Assembly: GCF_009914755.1 (NCBI RefSeq)
Contig: NC_060929.1
Source: the human T2T-CHM13v2.0 reference genome, Homo sapiens
Strand: one strand, 5' to 3'
Length of the DNA: 64,000 nucleotides
A program made the translations under genes and the position numbers. The notes below the pieces were generated by a model. It had not been told where the DNA came from. It searched no databases and saw only the letters and a program-made list of their open reading frames with translations. This document shows, in pieces, positions 1-13,800 of the stretch (position 1 is its first letter; each line of letters opens with the position of its first letter).

Positions 1-473
1 GAAGTATTCTCAGAAACTCCATTGTGATGTGTGCACTCAACTCACAGAGTTGAACCTTCCTTTTGAGAGAGCAGTTTTGAAACAGTCTTTTTGTAACGTC
101 TGCAGGTGGATATTTGGAGCGATTCGTGTAGTATGATGGAAAAGGAAATATCTTCACATACAAACTAAACAGAAGCATTCTCAGAAACTTCTTGTGATGT
201 GTGCATTCACCTAACAGAGTGGAACCGTTCTTTTGATAGAGCAGTTTTGAATCAGTCTTTTGGTAGGACCTGCAAGTTTTCATTTGGAGCGCTTTGAAGC
301 CCTTGGTGGAAAAGGGACTATCATCTTCACAAAAAACTAGGCAGAAGCCTTCTCAGGAACTTCATTGAGATGTGTGCATTCAACTAACAGAGTTGAAACT
401 GTCTTTTGACAGAGGAGGAATGAAACACTCCTTTTGTAGTATCTGATTGTGTATATTTGGAACTCTTTGAGTT

Positions 474-490
474 ATTCGTTGGAAACGGGT
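474..490 (+). promoter_or_regulatory. CENP-B box (HOR monomer b)
   Basis: ATTCGTTGGAAACGGGT keeps all 9 core bases of nTTCGnnnnAnnCGGGn. Confidence 0.9.
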
Positions 491-2690
491 ATCTTCACAT
501 AAAAAGTAGACCCAAGCATTCTCAGAAGGTTCTTTGTGATGTGTGCGTTCAACTCACAGACTTGAAACTTTCTTTTGATAGAGCAGTGTTGAAACACACT
601 TTTTGTAGAATCCACAAGTATTCGTTTGGAGCGCTTTGTTGCCTATGTGGGAAAAAGGAATATCTTCACTTAAAAACTAGACAGAAGCATTCTCTGAAAC
701 TCCTCTGTGAAGTGTGTGTTCAATTCACATCGTTGAACCTTTCTTTTGATAGAGCAGTGTTGAAACATACTTTTTGTAGAATCTGCAAGTGTCCATTTCG
801 AGTTCTTTTGTGCGTATGTTGGAAAAAGTGATATCTTCACCTGAAAAATAGACAGAAGCATTCCAGAAACTGCTTTGTAACATGTGCATTCAACTCACAG
901 TGTTGAACCTTCCTTTTGAGAGAGCGGTTTTGAAACAGTCTTTTTGAAGTATCTGCAAGTGGATATTTGCAGTGATTTGAGGCCGAAGGAGGAAAAGGAA
1001 ATACCTTCAAATAAAAAACTAGACGGAAGCATTTTTGGAAACTGCCTTGTGATGTGTGCATTCAACTCACAGAGTTGAACCTTCCTTTTGAGAGAGAAGT
1101 TTTGAAACAGTCTTTTTGTAGTATTTGCAAGTGGATATTTGGAGCGATTTGTGGAGTATGGTGGAAAATGAAATATCTTCACATACAAAGTAGACAGAAG
1201 CATTCTCAGAAACTGCTTTGTGATGTGTGCATTTAAGTCACAGACTTGAAACTTCCTTTAGGTAGAGCAGTGTTGAAACACACTTTTTGTATAATCTACA
1301 AGTGTTCTTTGGAGTGCTTTGTTGCCTATGTTGGAAAAAGAAATATCTTCACATAAAAACTAGACAGAAGCATTCTCAGAAACTCCTTTTTGATGGGTTT
1401 CTTCAATTCACATTGTTGAACCTTTCTTTTGATACAGCAGTGTTGAAACAAACATTTTGTAGAATCTGCAAGGGTTCATTTCAAATGCTTTGTGGCCTCT
1501 GTTGGAAAAAGTGATATGTTCACCTAAAAAATAGACAGAAGCATTCTCAGGAACTGCCTTGTAATATGTGCATTCAACTCACAGAGTTGAACCTTCCTTT
1601 TGAGAGAGCGGTTTTGAAACAGTCTTTTTGTAGTATCTGCAAGTGGATATTTGGAGCGATTTGAGGTCTAAGAAGGAAAAGGAAGTACCTTCAAATAAAA
1701 ACTAGACAGAAGCTTTCTCAGAAACTGCTTTGTGATGTGTGCATTTAACTCAAAGTCTTGATCCTTACTTTTGTTAGAGCAGTGTTGAAACACACTTTTT
1801 GTAGACCCTGGTAGTGTTCATTTGGAGAGATTTGTTGCCTATGGTGGAAAAAGGATTATCTTCTCTTAAATACTAGACAGAAGCATTCTTAGAAACTGCT
1901 TTGTGATGTGTGTGTTCAATTCACAGAGTTGAAACTTTCCTTTGACAGAGCAGGTTTGAAACACTGCTTCTGTAGAATCTGCTTGTGGATATTGGGAGCT
2001 CCTTGAGGAATACGTTGTAAAAGGCATATCTTCACATACAAACTAGACAGAAGCATTCTCAGAAACTGCTTTGTGATGTGTGCATTCAACTCACAGAGTT
2101 GAACCTTCCATTTGAGAGAGCAGTGTTGAAACAGTCTTTTTGTAGTATCTTCAAGTGGATATTTGGAGCGATTTGAGGCCTATGATGGAAAAGGAAATAT
2201 CTTCACATACAAACTAGACAGAAGCATTCTCAGAAACTACTTCCAGATGTGTGCATTCAACCCACAGAGTTGAACCTTCCTTTTGAGAGAGCAGTTTTGA
2301 AACGGTCTTTTTGTAACGTCTGCAGGTGGATATTTGGAGCGATTCGAGTAGTATGATGGAAAAGGAAATATCTTCACATACAAACTAAACAGAAGCATTC
2401 TCAGAAACTTCTTGTGATGTGTGCATTCACCTAACAGAGTGGAACCGTTCTTTTGATAGAGCAGTTTTGAATCAGTCTTTTGGTAGGACCTGCAAGTTTT
2501 CATTTGGAGCGCTTTGAAGCCCATGGTGGAAAAGGGACTATCTTCACAAAAAACTAGGCAGAAGCCTTCTCAGGAACTTCATTGAGATGTGTGCATTCAA
2601 CTAACAGAGTTGAAACTGTCTTTTGACAGAGGAGGAATGAAACACTCCTTTTGTAGTATCTGATTGTGTATATTTGGAACTCTTTGAGTT

Positions 2691-2707
2691 ATTCGTTGGA
2701 AACGGGT
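2691..2707 (+). promoter_or_regulatory. CENP-B box (HOR monomer b)
   Basis: ATTCGTTGGAAACGGGT. Confidence 0.9.
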
Positions 2708-5247
2708 ATCTTCACATAAAAAGTAGACCCAAGCATTCTCAGAAGGTTCTTTGTGATGTGTGCGTTCAACTCACAGACTTGAAACTTTCTTTTGATAGAG
2801 CAGTGTTGAAACACACTTTTTGTAGAATCCACAAGTATTCGTTTGGAGCGCTTTGTTGCCTATGTGGGAAAAAGGAATATCTTCACTTAAAAACTAGACA
2901 GAAGCATTCTCTGAAACTCCTCTGTGAAGTGTGTGTTCAATTCACATCGTTGAACCTTTCTTTTGATAGAGCAGTGTTGAAACATACTTTTTGTAGAATC
3001 TGCAAGTGTCCATTTCGAGTTCTTTTGTGCGTATGTTGGAAAAAGTGATATCTTCACCTGAAAAATAGACAGAAGCATTCCAGAAACTGCTTTGTAACAT
3101 GTGCATTCAACTCACAGTGTTGAACCTTCCTTTTGAGAGAGCGGTTTTGAAACAGTCTTTTTGTAGTATCTGCAAGTGGATATTTGCAGTGATTTGAGGC
3201 CGAAGAAGGAAAAGGAAATACCTTCAAATAAAAAACTAGACGGAAGCATTTTCAGAAACTGCCTTGTGATGTGTGCATTCAACTCACAGAGTTGAACCTT
3301 CCTTTTGAGAGAGAAGTTTTGAAACAGTCTTTTTGTAGTATTTGCAAGTGGATATTTGGAGCGATTTGTGGAGTATGGTGGAAAATGAAATACCTTCACA
3401 TACAAAGTAGACAGAAGCATTGTCAGAAACTGCTTTGTGATGTGTGCATTTAAGTCACAGACTTGAAACTTCCTTTAGGTAGAGCAGTGTTGAAACACAC
3501 TTTTTGTATAATCTACAAGTGTTCTTTGGAGTGCTTTGTTGCCTATGTTGGAAAAAGAAACAACTTCACATAAAAACTAGACAGAAGCATTCTCAGAAAC
3601 TCCTTTGTGATGGGTTTGTTCAATTCACATTGTTGAACCTTTCTTTTGATACAGCAGTGTTGAAACAAACATTTTGTAGAATCTGCAAGGGTTCATTTCA
3701 AATGCTTTGTGGCCTCTGTTGGAAAAAGTGATATCTTCACCTAAAAAATAGACAGAAGGATTCTCAGGAACAGCTTTGTAATATGTGCATTCAACAAACA
3801 GAGTTGAACCTTCCTTTTGAGAGAGCGGTTTTGAAACAGTCTTTTTGTAGTATCTGCAAGTGGATATTTGGAGCGATTTGAGGTCTAAGAAGGAAAAGGA
3901 AGTACCTTCAAATAGAAACTAGACAGAAGCTTTCTCAGAAACTGCTTTGTGATGTGTGCATTTAACTCAAAGTCTTGATCCTTACTTTTGTTAGAGCAGT
4001 GTTGAAACACACTTTTTGTAGAACCTGGTAGTGTTCATTTGGAGAGATTTGTTGCCTATGGTGGAAAAAGGATTATCTTCTCTTAAAAACTAGACAGAAG
4101 CATTCTTAGAAACTGCTTTGTGATGTGTGTGTTCAATTCACAGAGTTGAAACTTTCCTTTGACAGAGCAGGTTTGAAACACTGCTTCTGTAGAATCTGCT
4201 TGTGGATATTGGGAGCTCCTTGAGGAATACGTTGTAAAAGGCATATCTTCACATACAAACTAGACAGAAGCATTCTCAGAAACTGCTTTGTGATGTGTGC
4301 ATTCAACTCACAGAGTTGAACCTTCCATTTGAGAGAGCAGTGTTGAAACGGTCTTTTTGTAGTATCTTCAAGTGGATATTTGGAGCGATTTGAGGCCTAT
4401 GATGGAAAAGGAAATATCTTCACATACAAACTAGACAGAAGCATTCTCAGAAACTGCTTTGTGATGTGTGGATTCAACCCACAGAGTTGAACCTTCCTTT
4501 TGAGAGAGCAGTGTTGAAATGGTCTTTTGTAGTATCTGCAAGTGGATATTTGGAGCGATTTGAGGCCTATGATGGAAAAGGAAATATCTTCACATACAAA
4601 CTAGACAGAAGCATTCTCAGAAACTGCTTTGTGATGTGTGCATTCAACCGACAGATTTGAACTTTCCTTTGGAGAGGGAGGTTTTGAAACAGTCTTTTTG
4701 TAGTATCTGCAAGTGGATATTTGTAGTGACTTGGGGCCTCAGGTGGAAAAGGAAATACCTTCACATACAAAGTAGACAGAAGTATTCTCAGAAACTCCAT
4801 TGTGATGTGTGCACTCAACTCACAGAGTTGAACCTTCCTTTTGAGAGAGCAGTTTTGAAACAGTCTTTTTGTAACGTCTGCAGGTGGATATTTGGAGCGA
4901 TTCGAGTAGTATGATGGAAAAGGAAATATCTTCACATACAAACTAAACAGAAGCATTCTCACAAACTTCTTGTGATGTGTGCATTCACCTAACAGAGTGG
5001 AACCGTTCTTTTGATAGAGCAGTTTTGAATCAGTCTTTTGGTAGGACCTGCAAGTTTTCATTTGGAGCGCTTTGAAGCCCATGGTGGAAAAGGGACTATC
5101 TTCACAAAAAACTAGGCAGAAGCCTTCTCAGGAACTTCATTGAGAGTGTGCATTCAACTAACAGAGTTGAAACTGTCTTTTGACAGAGGAGGAATGAAAC
5201 ACTCCTTTTGTACTATCTGATTGTGTATATTTGGAACTCTTTGAGTT

Positions 5248-5264
5248 ATTCGTTGGAAACGGGT
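5248..5264 (+). promoter_or_regulatory. CENP-B box (HOR monomer b)
   Basis: ATTCGTTGGAAACGGGT. Confidence 0.9.
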
Positions 5265-7804
5265 ATCTTCACATAAAAAGTAGACCCAAGCATTCTCAGA
5301 AGGTTCTTTGTGATGTGTGCGTTCAACTCCCAGACTTGAAACTTTCTTTTGATAGAGCAGTGTTGAAACACACTTTTTGTAGAATCCACAAGTATTCGTT
5401 TGGAGCGCTTTGTTGCCTATGTGGGAAAAAGGAATATCTTCACTTAAAAACTAGACAGAAGCATTCTCTGAAACTCCTCTGTGAAGTGTGTGTTCAATTC
5501 ACATCGTTGAACCTTTCTTTTGATAGAGCAGTGTTGAAACATACTTTTTGTAGAATCTGCAAGTGTCCATTTCGAGTTCTTTTGTGCGTATGTTGGAAAA
5601 AGTGATATCTTCACCTGAAAAATAGACAGAAGCATTCCAGAAACTGCTTTGTAACATGTGCATTCAACTCACAGTGTTGAACCTTCCTTTTGAGAGAGCG
5701 GTTTTGAAACAGTCTTTTTGTAGTATCTGCAAGTGGATATTTGCAGTGATTTGAGGCTGAAGAAGCAAAAGGAAATACCTTCAAATAAAAAACTAGACGG
5801 AAGCATTTTCAGAAACTGCCTTGCGATGTGTGCATTCAACTCACAGAGTTGAACCTTCCTTTTGAGAGAGAAGTTTTGAAACAGTCTTTTTGTAGTATTT
5901 GCAAGTGGATATTTGGAGCGATTTGTGGAGTATGGTGGAAAATGAAATATCTTCACATACAAACTAGACAGAAGCATTGTCAGAAACTGCTTTGTGATGT
6001 GTGCATTTAAGTCACAGACTTGAAACTTCCTTTAGGTAGAGCAGTGTTGAAACACACTTTTTGTATAATCTACAAGTGTTCTTTGGAGTGCTTTGTTGCC
6101 TATGTTGGAAAAAGAAACAACTTCACATAAAAACTAGACAGAAGCATTCTCAGAAACTCCTTTGTGATGGGTTTGTTCAATTCACATTGTTGAAACTTTC
6201 TTTTGATACAGCAGTGTTGAAACAAACATTTTGTAGAATCTGCAAGGGTTCATTTCAAATGCTTTGTGGCCTCTGTTGGAAAAAGTGATATCTTCACGTA
6301 AAAAATAGACAGAAGCATTCTCAGGAACTGCTTTGTAATATGTGCATTCAACACACAGAGTTGAACCTTCCTTTTGAGAGAGCGGTTTTGAAACAGTCTT
6401 TTTGTAGTATCTGCAAGTGGATATTTGGAGCGATTTGAGGTCTAAGAAGGAAAAGGAAGTACCTTCAAATAAAAACTAGACAGAAGCTTTCTCAGAAACT
6501 GCTTTGTGATGTGTGCATTTAACTCAAAGTCTTGATCCTTACTTTTGTTAGAGCAGTGTTGAAACACACTTTTTGTAGAACCTGGTAGTGTTCATTTGGA
6601 GAGATTTGTTGCCTATGGTGGAAAAAGGATTATCTTCTCTTAAAAACTAGACAGAAGCATTCTTAGAAACTGCTTTGTGATGTGTGTGTTCAATTCACAG
6701 AGTTGAAACTTTCCTTTGACAGAGCAGGTTTGAAACACTGCTTCTGTAGAATCTGCTTGTGGATATTGGGAGCTCCTTGAGGAATACGTTGTAAAAGGCA
6801 TATCTTCACATACAAACTAGACAGAAGCATTCTCAGAAACTGCTTTGTGATGTGTGCATTCAACTCACAGAGTTGAACCTTCCATTTGAGAGAGCAGTGT
6901 TGAAACGGTCTTTTTGTAGTATCTTCAAGTGGATATTTGGAGCGATTTGAGGCCTATGATGGAAAAGGAAATATCTTCACATACAAACTAGACAGAAGCA
7001 TTCTCAGAAACTGCTTCGTGATGTGTGCATTCAACCCACAGAGTTGAACCTTCCTTTTGAGAGAGCAGTGTTGAAACGGTCTTTTGTAGTATCTGCAAGT
7101 GGATATTTGGAGCGATTTGAGGCCTATGATGGAAAAGGAAATATCTTCACATACAAACTAGACAGAAGCATTCTCAGAAACTGCTTTGTGATGTGTGCAT
7201 TCAACCGACAGATTTGAACTTTCCTTTGGAGAGGGAGGTTTTGAAACAGTCTTTTTGTAGTATCTGCAAGTGGATATTTGTAGTGACTTGGGGCCTCAGG
7301 TGGAAAAGGAAATACCTTCACATACAAAGTAGACAGAAGTATTCTCAGAAACTCCATTGTGATGTGTGCACTCAACTCACAGAGTTGAACCTTCCTTTTG
7401 AGAGAGCAGTTTTGAAACAGTCTTTTTGTAACGTCTGCAGGTGGATATTTGGAGCGATTCGAGTAGTATGATGGAAAAGGAAATATCTTCACATACAAAC
7501 TAAACAGAAGCATTCTCACAAACTTCTTGTGATGTGTGCATTCACCTAACAGAGTGGAACCGTTCTTTTGATAGAGCAGTTTTGAATCAGTCTTTTGGTA
7601 GGACCTGCAAGTTTTCATTTGGAGCGCTTTGAAGCCCATGGTGGAAAAGGGACTATCTTCACAAAAAACTAGGCAGAAGCCTTCTCAGGAACTTCATTGA
7701 GAGTGTGCATTCAACTAACAGAGTTGAAACTGTCTTTTGACAGAGGAGGAATGAAACACTCCTTTTGTACTATCTGATTGTGTATATTTGGAACTCTTTG
7801 AGTT

Positions 7805-7821
7805 ATTCGTTGGAAACGGGT
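7805..7821 (+). promoter_or_regulatory. CENP-B box (HOR monomer b)
   Basis: ATTCGTTGGAAACGGGT. Confidence 0.9.
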
Positions 7822-10800
7822 ATCTTCACATAAAAAGTAGACCCAAGCATTCTCAGAAGGTTCTTTGTGATGTGTGCGTTCAACTCCCAGACTTGAAACT
7901 TTCTTTTGATAGAGCAGTGTTGAAACACACTTTTTGTAGAATCCACAAGTATTCGTTTGGAGCGCTTTGTTGCCTATGTGGGAAAAAGGAATATCTTCAC
8001 TTAAAAACTAGACAGAAGCATTCTCTGAAACTCCTCTGTGAAGTGTGTGTTCAATTCACATCGTTGAACCTTTCTTTTGATAGAGCAGTGTTGAAACATA
8101 CTTTTTGTAGAATCTGCAAGTGTCCATTTCGAGTTCTTTTGTGCGTATGTTGGAAAAAGTGATATCTTCACCTGAAAAATAGACAGAAGCATTCCAGAAA
8201 CTGCTTTGTAACATGTGCATTCAACTCACAGTGTTGAACCTTCCTTTTGAGAGAGCGGTTTTGAAACAGTCTTTTTGTAGTATCTGCAAGTGGATATTTG
8301 CAGTGATTTGAGGCTGAAGAAGCAAAAGGAAATACCTTCAAATAAAAAACTAGACGGAAGCATTTTCAGAAACTGCCTTGCGATGTGTGCATTCAACTCA
8401 CAGAGTTGAACCTTCCTTTTGAGAGAGAAGTTTTGAAACAGTCTTTTTGTAGTATTTGCAAGTGGATATTTGGAGCGATTTGTGGAGTATGGTGGAAAAT
8501 GAAATATCTTCACATACAAACTAGACAGAAGCATTGTCAGAAACTGCTTTGTGATGTGTGCATTTAAGTCACAGACTTGAAACTTCCTTTAGGTAGAGCA
8601 GTGTTGAAACACACTTTTTGTATAATCTACAAGTGTTCTTTGGAGTGCTTTGTTGCCTATGTTGGAAAAAGAAACAACTTCACATAAAAACTAGACAGAA
8701 GCATTCTCAGAAACTCCTTTGTGATGGGTTTGTTCAATTCACATTGTTGAAACTTTCTTTTGATACAGCAGTGTTGAAACAAACATTTTGTAGAATCTGC
8801 AAGGGTTCATTTCAAATGCTTTGTGGCCTCTGTTGGAAAAAGTGATATCTTCACGTAAAAAATAGACAGAAGCATTCTCAGGAACTGCTTTGTAATATGT
8901 GCATTCAACACACAGAGTTGAACCTTCCTTTTGAGAGAGCGGTTTTGAAACAGTCTTTTTGTAGTATCTGCAAGTGGATATTTGGAGCGATTTGAGGTCT
9001 AAGAAGGAAAAGGAAGTACCTTCAAATAAAAACTAGACAGAAGCTTTCTCAGAAACTGCTTTGTGATGTGTGCATTTAACTCAAAGTCTTGATCCTTACT
9101 TTTGTTAGAGCAGTGTTGAAACACACTTTTTGTAGAACCTGGTAGTGTTCATTTGGAGAGATTTGTTGCCTATGGTGGAAAAAGGATTATCTTCTCTTAA
9201 AAACTAGACAGAAGCATTCTTAGAAACTGCTTTGTGATGTGTGTGTTCAATTCACAGAGTTGAAACTTTCCTTTGACAGAGCAGGTTTGAAACACTGCTT
9301 CTGTAGAATCTGCTTGTGGATATTGGGAGCTCCTTGAGGAATACGTTGTAAAAGGCATATCTTCACATACAAACTAGACAGAAGCATTCTCAGAAACTGC
9401 TTTGTGATGTGTGCATTCAACTCACAGAGTTGAACCTTCCATTTGAGAGAGCAGTGTTGAAACGGTCTTTTTGTAGTATCTTCAAGTGGATATTTGGAGC
9501 GATTTGAGGCCTATGATGGAAAAGGAAATATCTTCACATACAAACTAGACAGAAGCATTCTCAGAAACTGCTTCGTGATGTGTGCATTCAACCCACAGAG
9601 TTGAACCTTCCTTTTGAGAGAGCAGTGTTGAAACGGTCTTTTGTAGTATCTGCAAGTGGATATTTGGAGCGATTTGAGGCCTATGATGGAAAAGGAAATA
9701 TCTTCACATACAAACTAGACAGAAGCATTCTCAGAAACTGCTTTGTGATGTGTGCATTCAACCGACAGATTTGAACTTTCCTTTGGAGAGGGAGGTTTTG
9801 AAACAGTCTTTTTGTAGTATCTGCAAGTGGATTTTTGTAGTGACTTGGGGCCTCAGGTGGAAAAGGAAATACCTTCACATACAAAGTAGACAGAAGTATT
9901 CTCAGAAACTCCATTGTGATGTGTGCACTCAACTCACAGAGTTGAACCTTCCTTTTGAGAGAGCAGTTTTGAAACAGTCTTTTTGTAACGTCTGCAGGTG
10001 GATATTTGGAGCAATTCGAGTAGTATGATGGAAAAGGAAATATCTTCACATACAAACTAAACAGAAGCATTCTCAGAAACTTCTTGTGATGTGTGCATTC
10101 ACCTAACAGAGTGGAACCGTTCTTTTGATAGAGCAGTTTTGAATCAGTCTTTTGGTAGGACCTGCAAGTTTTCATTTGGAACGCTTTGAAGCCCATGGTG
10201 GAAAAGGGACTATCTTCACAAAAAACTAGGCAGAAGCCTTCTCAGGAACTTCATTGAGATGTGTGCATTCAACTAACAGAGTTGAAACTGTCTTTTGACA
10301 GAGGAGGAATGAAACACTCCTTTTGTAGTATCTGATTGTGTATATTTGGAACTCTTTGAGTTATTCATTGGAAACGGGTATCTTCACATAAAAAGTAGAC
10401 CCAAGCATTCTCAGAAGGTTCTTTGTGATGTGTGCGTTGAACTCACAAACTTGAAACTTTCTTTTGATAGAGCAGTGTTGAAACACACTTTTTGTAGAAT
10501 CCACAAGTATTCATTTGGAGCGCTTTGTTGCCTATGTGGGAAAAAGGAATATCTTCACTTAAAAACTAGACAGAAGCATTCTCTGAAACTCCTCTGTGAA
10601 GTGTGTGTTCAATTCACATCGTTGAACCTTTCTTTTGATAGAGCAGTGTTGAAACATACTTTTTGTAGAATCTGCAAGTGTCCATTTCGAGTTCTTTTGT
10701 GCGTATGTTGGAAAAAGTGATATCTTCACCTGAAAAATAGACAGAAGCATTCCAGAAACTGCTTTGTAACATGTGCATTCAACTCACAGTGTTGAACCTT

Positions 10801-13800
10801 CCTTTTGAGAGAGCGGTTTTGAAACAGTCTTTTTGTAGTATCTGCAAGTGGATATTTGCAGTGATTTGAGGCCGAAGAAGGAAAAGGAAATACCTTCAAA
10901 TAAAAAACTAGACGGAAGCATTTTCAGAAACTGCCTTGTGATGTGTGCATTCAACTCACAGAGTTGAACCTTCCTTTTGAGAGAGAAGTTTTGAAACAGT
11001 CTTTTTGTAGTATTTGCAAGTGGATATTTGGAGCGATTTGTGGAGTATGGTGGAAAATGAAATATCTTCACATACAAACTAGACAGAAGCATTGTCAGAA
11101 ACTGCTTTGTGATGTGTGCATTTAAGTCACAGACTTGAAACTTCCTTTAGGTAGAGCAGTGTTGAAACACACTTTTTGTATAATCTACAAGTGTTCTTTG
11201 GAGTGCTTTGTTGCCTATGTTGGAAAAAGAAATATCTTCACATAAAAACTAGCCAGAAGCATTCTCAGAAACTCCTTTGTGAGGGGTTTGTTCAATTCAC
11301 ATTGTTGAACCTTTCTTTTGATACAGCAGTGTTGAAACAAACATTTTGTAGAATCTGCAAGTGTTCATTTCAAATGCTTTGTGGCCTATGTTGGAAAAAG
11401 TGATATCTTCACCTAAAAAATAGACAGAAGCATTCTCAGGAACTGCTTTGTAATATGTGTATTCAACTCACAGAGTTGAACCTTCCTTTTGAGAGAGCGG
11501 TTTTGAAACAGTCTTTTTGTAGTATCTGCAAGTGGATATTTGGAGCGATTTGAGGTCTAAGAAGGAAAAGGATGTACCTTCAAATAAAAACTAGACAGAA
11601 GCTTTCTCAGAAACTGCTTTGTGATGTGTGCATTTAACTCAAAGTCTTGATCCTTACTTTTGTTAGAGCAGTGTTGAAACACACTTTTTGTAGAACCTGG
11701 TAGTGTTCATTTGGAGAGATTTGTTGCCTATGGTGGAAAAAGGATTATCTTCTCTTAAAAACTAGACAGAAGCATTCTTAGAAACTGCTTTGTGATGTGG
11801 GCATTCAACCCACAGAGTTGAACCTTCCTTTTGAGAGAGCAGTGTTGAAACGGTCTTTTGTAGCATCTGCAAGTGGATATTTGGAGCGATTTGAGGCCTA
11901 TGATGGAAAAGGAAATATCTTCACATACAAACTAGACAGAAGCATTCTCAGAAACTGCTTTGTGATGTGTGCATTCAACTCACAGAGTTGAACCTTCCAT
12001 TTGAGAGAGCAGTGTTGAAACAGTCTTTTTGTAGTATCTTCAAGTGGATATTTGGAGCGATTTGAGGCCTATGATGGAAAAGGAAATATCTTCACATACA
12101 AACTAGACAGAAGCATTCTCAGAAACTGCTTCGTGATGTTTGCATTCAACCCACAGAGTTGAACCTTCCTTGTGAGAGAGCAGTGTTGAAACGGTCTTTT
12201 TTAGTATCTGCAAATGGATATTTGGAGCGATTGAGGCCTAGGATGGAAAAGGAAATATCTTCACATACAAACTAGACAGAAGCATTCTCAGAAACTGCTT
12301 TGTGATGTGTGCATTCAACCGACAGATTTGAACTTTCCTTTGGAGAGGGAGGTTTTGAAACAGTCTTTTTGTGGTATCTGCAAGTGGATATTTGTAGTGA
12401 CTTGGGGCCTCTGGTGGAAAAGGAAATACCTTCACATACAAAGTAGACAGAAGTATTCTCAGAACCTCCATTGCGATGTGTGCACTCAACTCACAGAGTT
12501 GAACCTTCCTTTTGAGAGAGCAGTTTTGAAACAGTCTTTTTGTAACGTCTGCAGGTGGATATTTGGAGCGATTCGTGTACTATGATGGAAAAGGAAATAT
12601 CTTCACATACAAACTAAACAGAAGCATTCTCAGAAACTTCTTGTGATGTGTGCATTCACCTAACAGAGTGGAACCGTTCTTTTGATAGAGCAGTTTTGAA
12701 TCAGTCTTTTGGTAGGACCTGCAAGTTTTCATTTGGAGCGCTTTGAAGCCCATGGTGGAAAAGGGACTATCTTCACAAAAAACTAGGCAGAAGCCTTCTC
12801 AGGAACTTCATTGAGATGTGTGCATTCAACTAACAGAGTTGAAACTGTCTTTTGACAGAGGAGGAATGAAACACTCCTTTTGTAGTATCTGATTGTGTAT
12901 ATTTGGAACTCTTTGAGTTATTCATTGGAAACGGGTATCTTCACATAAAAAGTAGACCCAAGCATTCTCAGAAGGTTCTTTGTGATGTGTGCGTTGAACT
13001 CACAAACTTGAAACTTTCTTTTGATAGAGCAGTGTTGAAACACACTTTTTGTAGAATCCACAAGTATTCATTTGGAGCGCTTTGTTGCCTATGTGGGAAA
13101 AAGGAATATCTTCACTTAAAAACTAGACAGAAGCATTCTCTGAAACTCCTCTGTGAAGTGTGTGTTCAATTCACATCGTTGAACCTTTCTTTTGATAGAG
13201 CAGTGTTGAAACATACTTTTTGTAGAATCTGCAAGTGTCCATTTCGAGTTCTTTTGTGCGTATGTTGGAAAAAGTGATATCTTCACCTGAAAAATAGACA
13301 GAAGCATTCCAGAAACTGCTTTGTAACATGTGCATTCAACTCACAGTGTTGAACCTTCCTTTTGAGAGAGCGGTTTTGAAACAGTCTTTTTGTAGTATCT
13401 GCAAGTGGATATTTGTAGTGATTTGAGGCCGAAGAAGGAAAAGGAAATACCTTCAAATAAAAAACTAGACGGAAGCATTTTCAGAAACTGCCTTGTGATG
13501 TGTGCATTCAACTCACAGAGTTGAACCTTCCTTTTGAGAGAGAAGTTTTGAAACAGTCTTTTTGTAGTATTTGCAAGTGGATATTTGGAGCGATTTGTGG
13601 AGTATGGTGGAAAATGAAATATCTTCACATACAAACTAGACAGAAGCATTGTCAGAAACTGCTTTGTGATGTGTGCATTTAAGTCACAGACTTGAAACTT
13701 CCTTTAGGTAGAGCAGTGTTGAAACACACTTTTTGTATAATCTACAAGTGTTCTTTGGAGTGCTTTGTTGCCTATGTTGGAAAAAGAAATATCTTCACAT

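Noticed and set aside
36-54. Per-monomer dyad ttcaactc-aca-gagttgaa as a novel hairpin element
   Set aside because: Short dyad symmetries are a known general property of alpha satellite and are not specific to this window.
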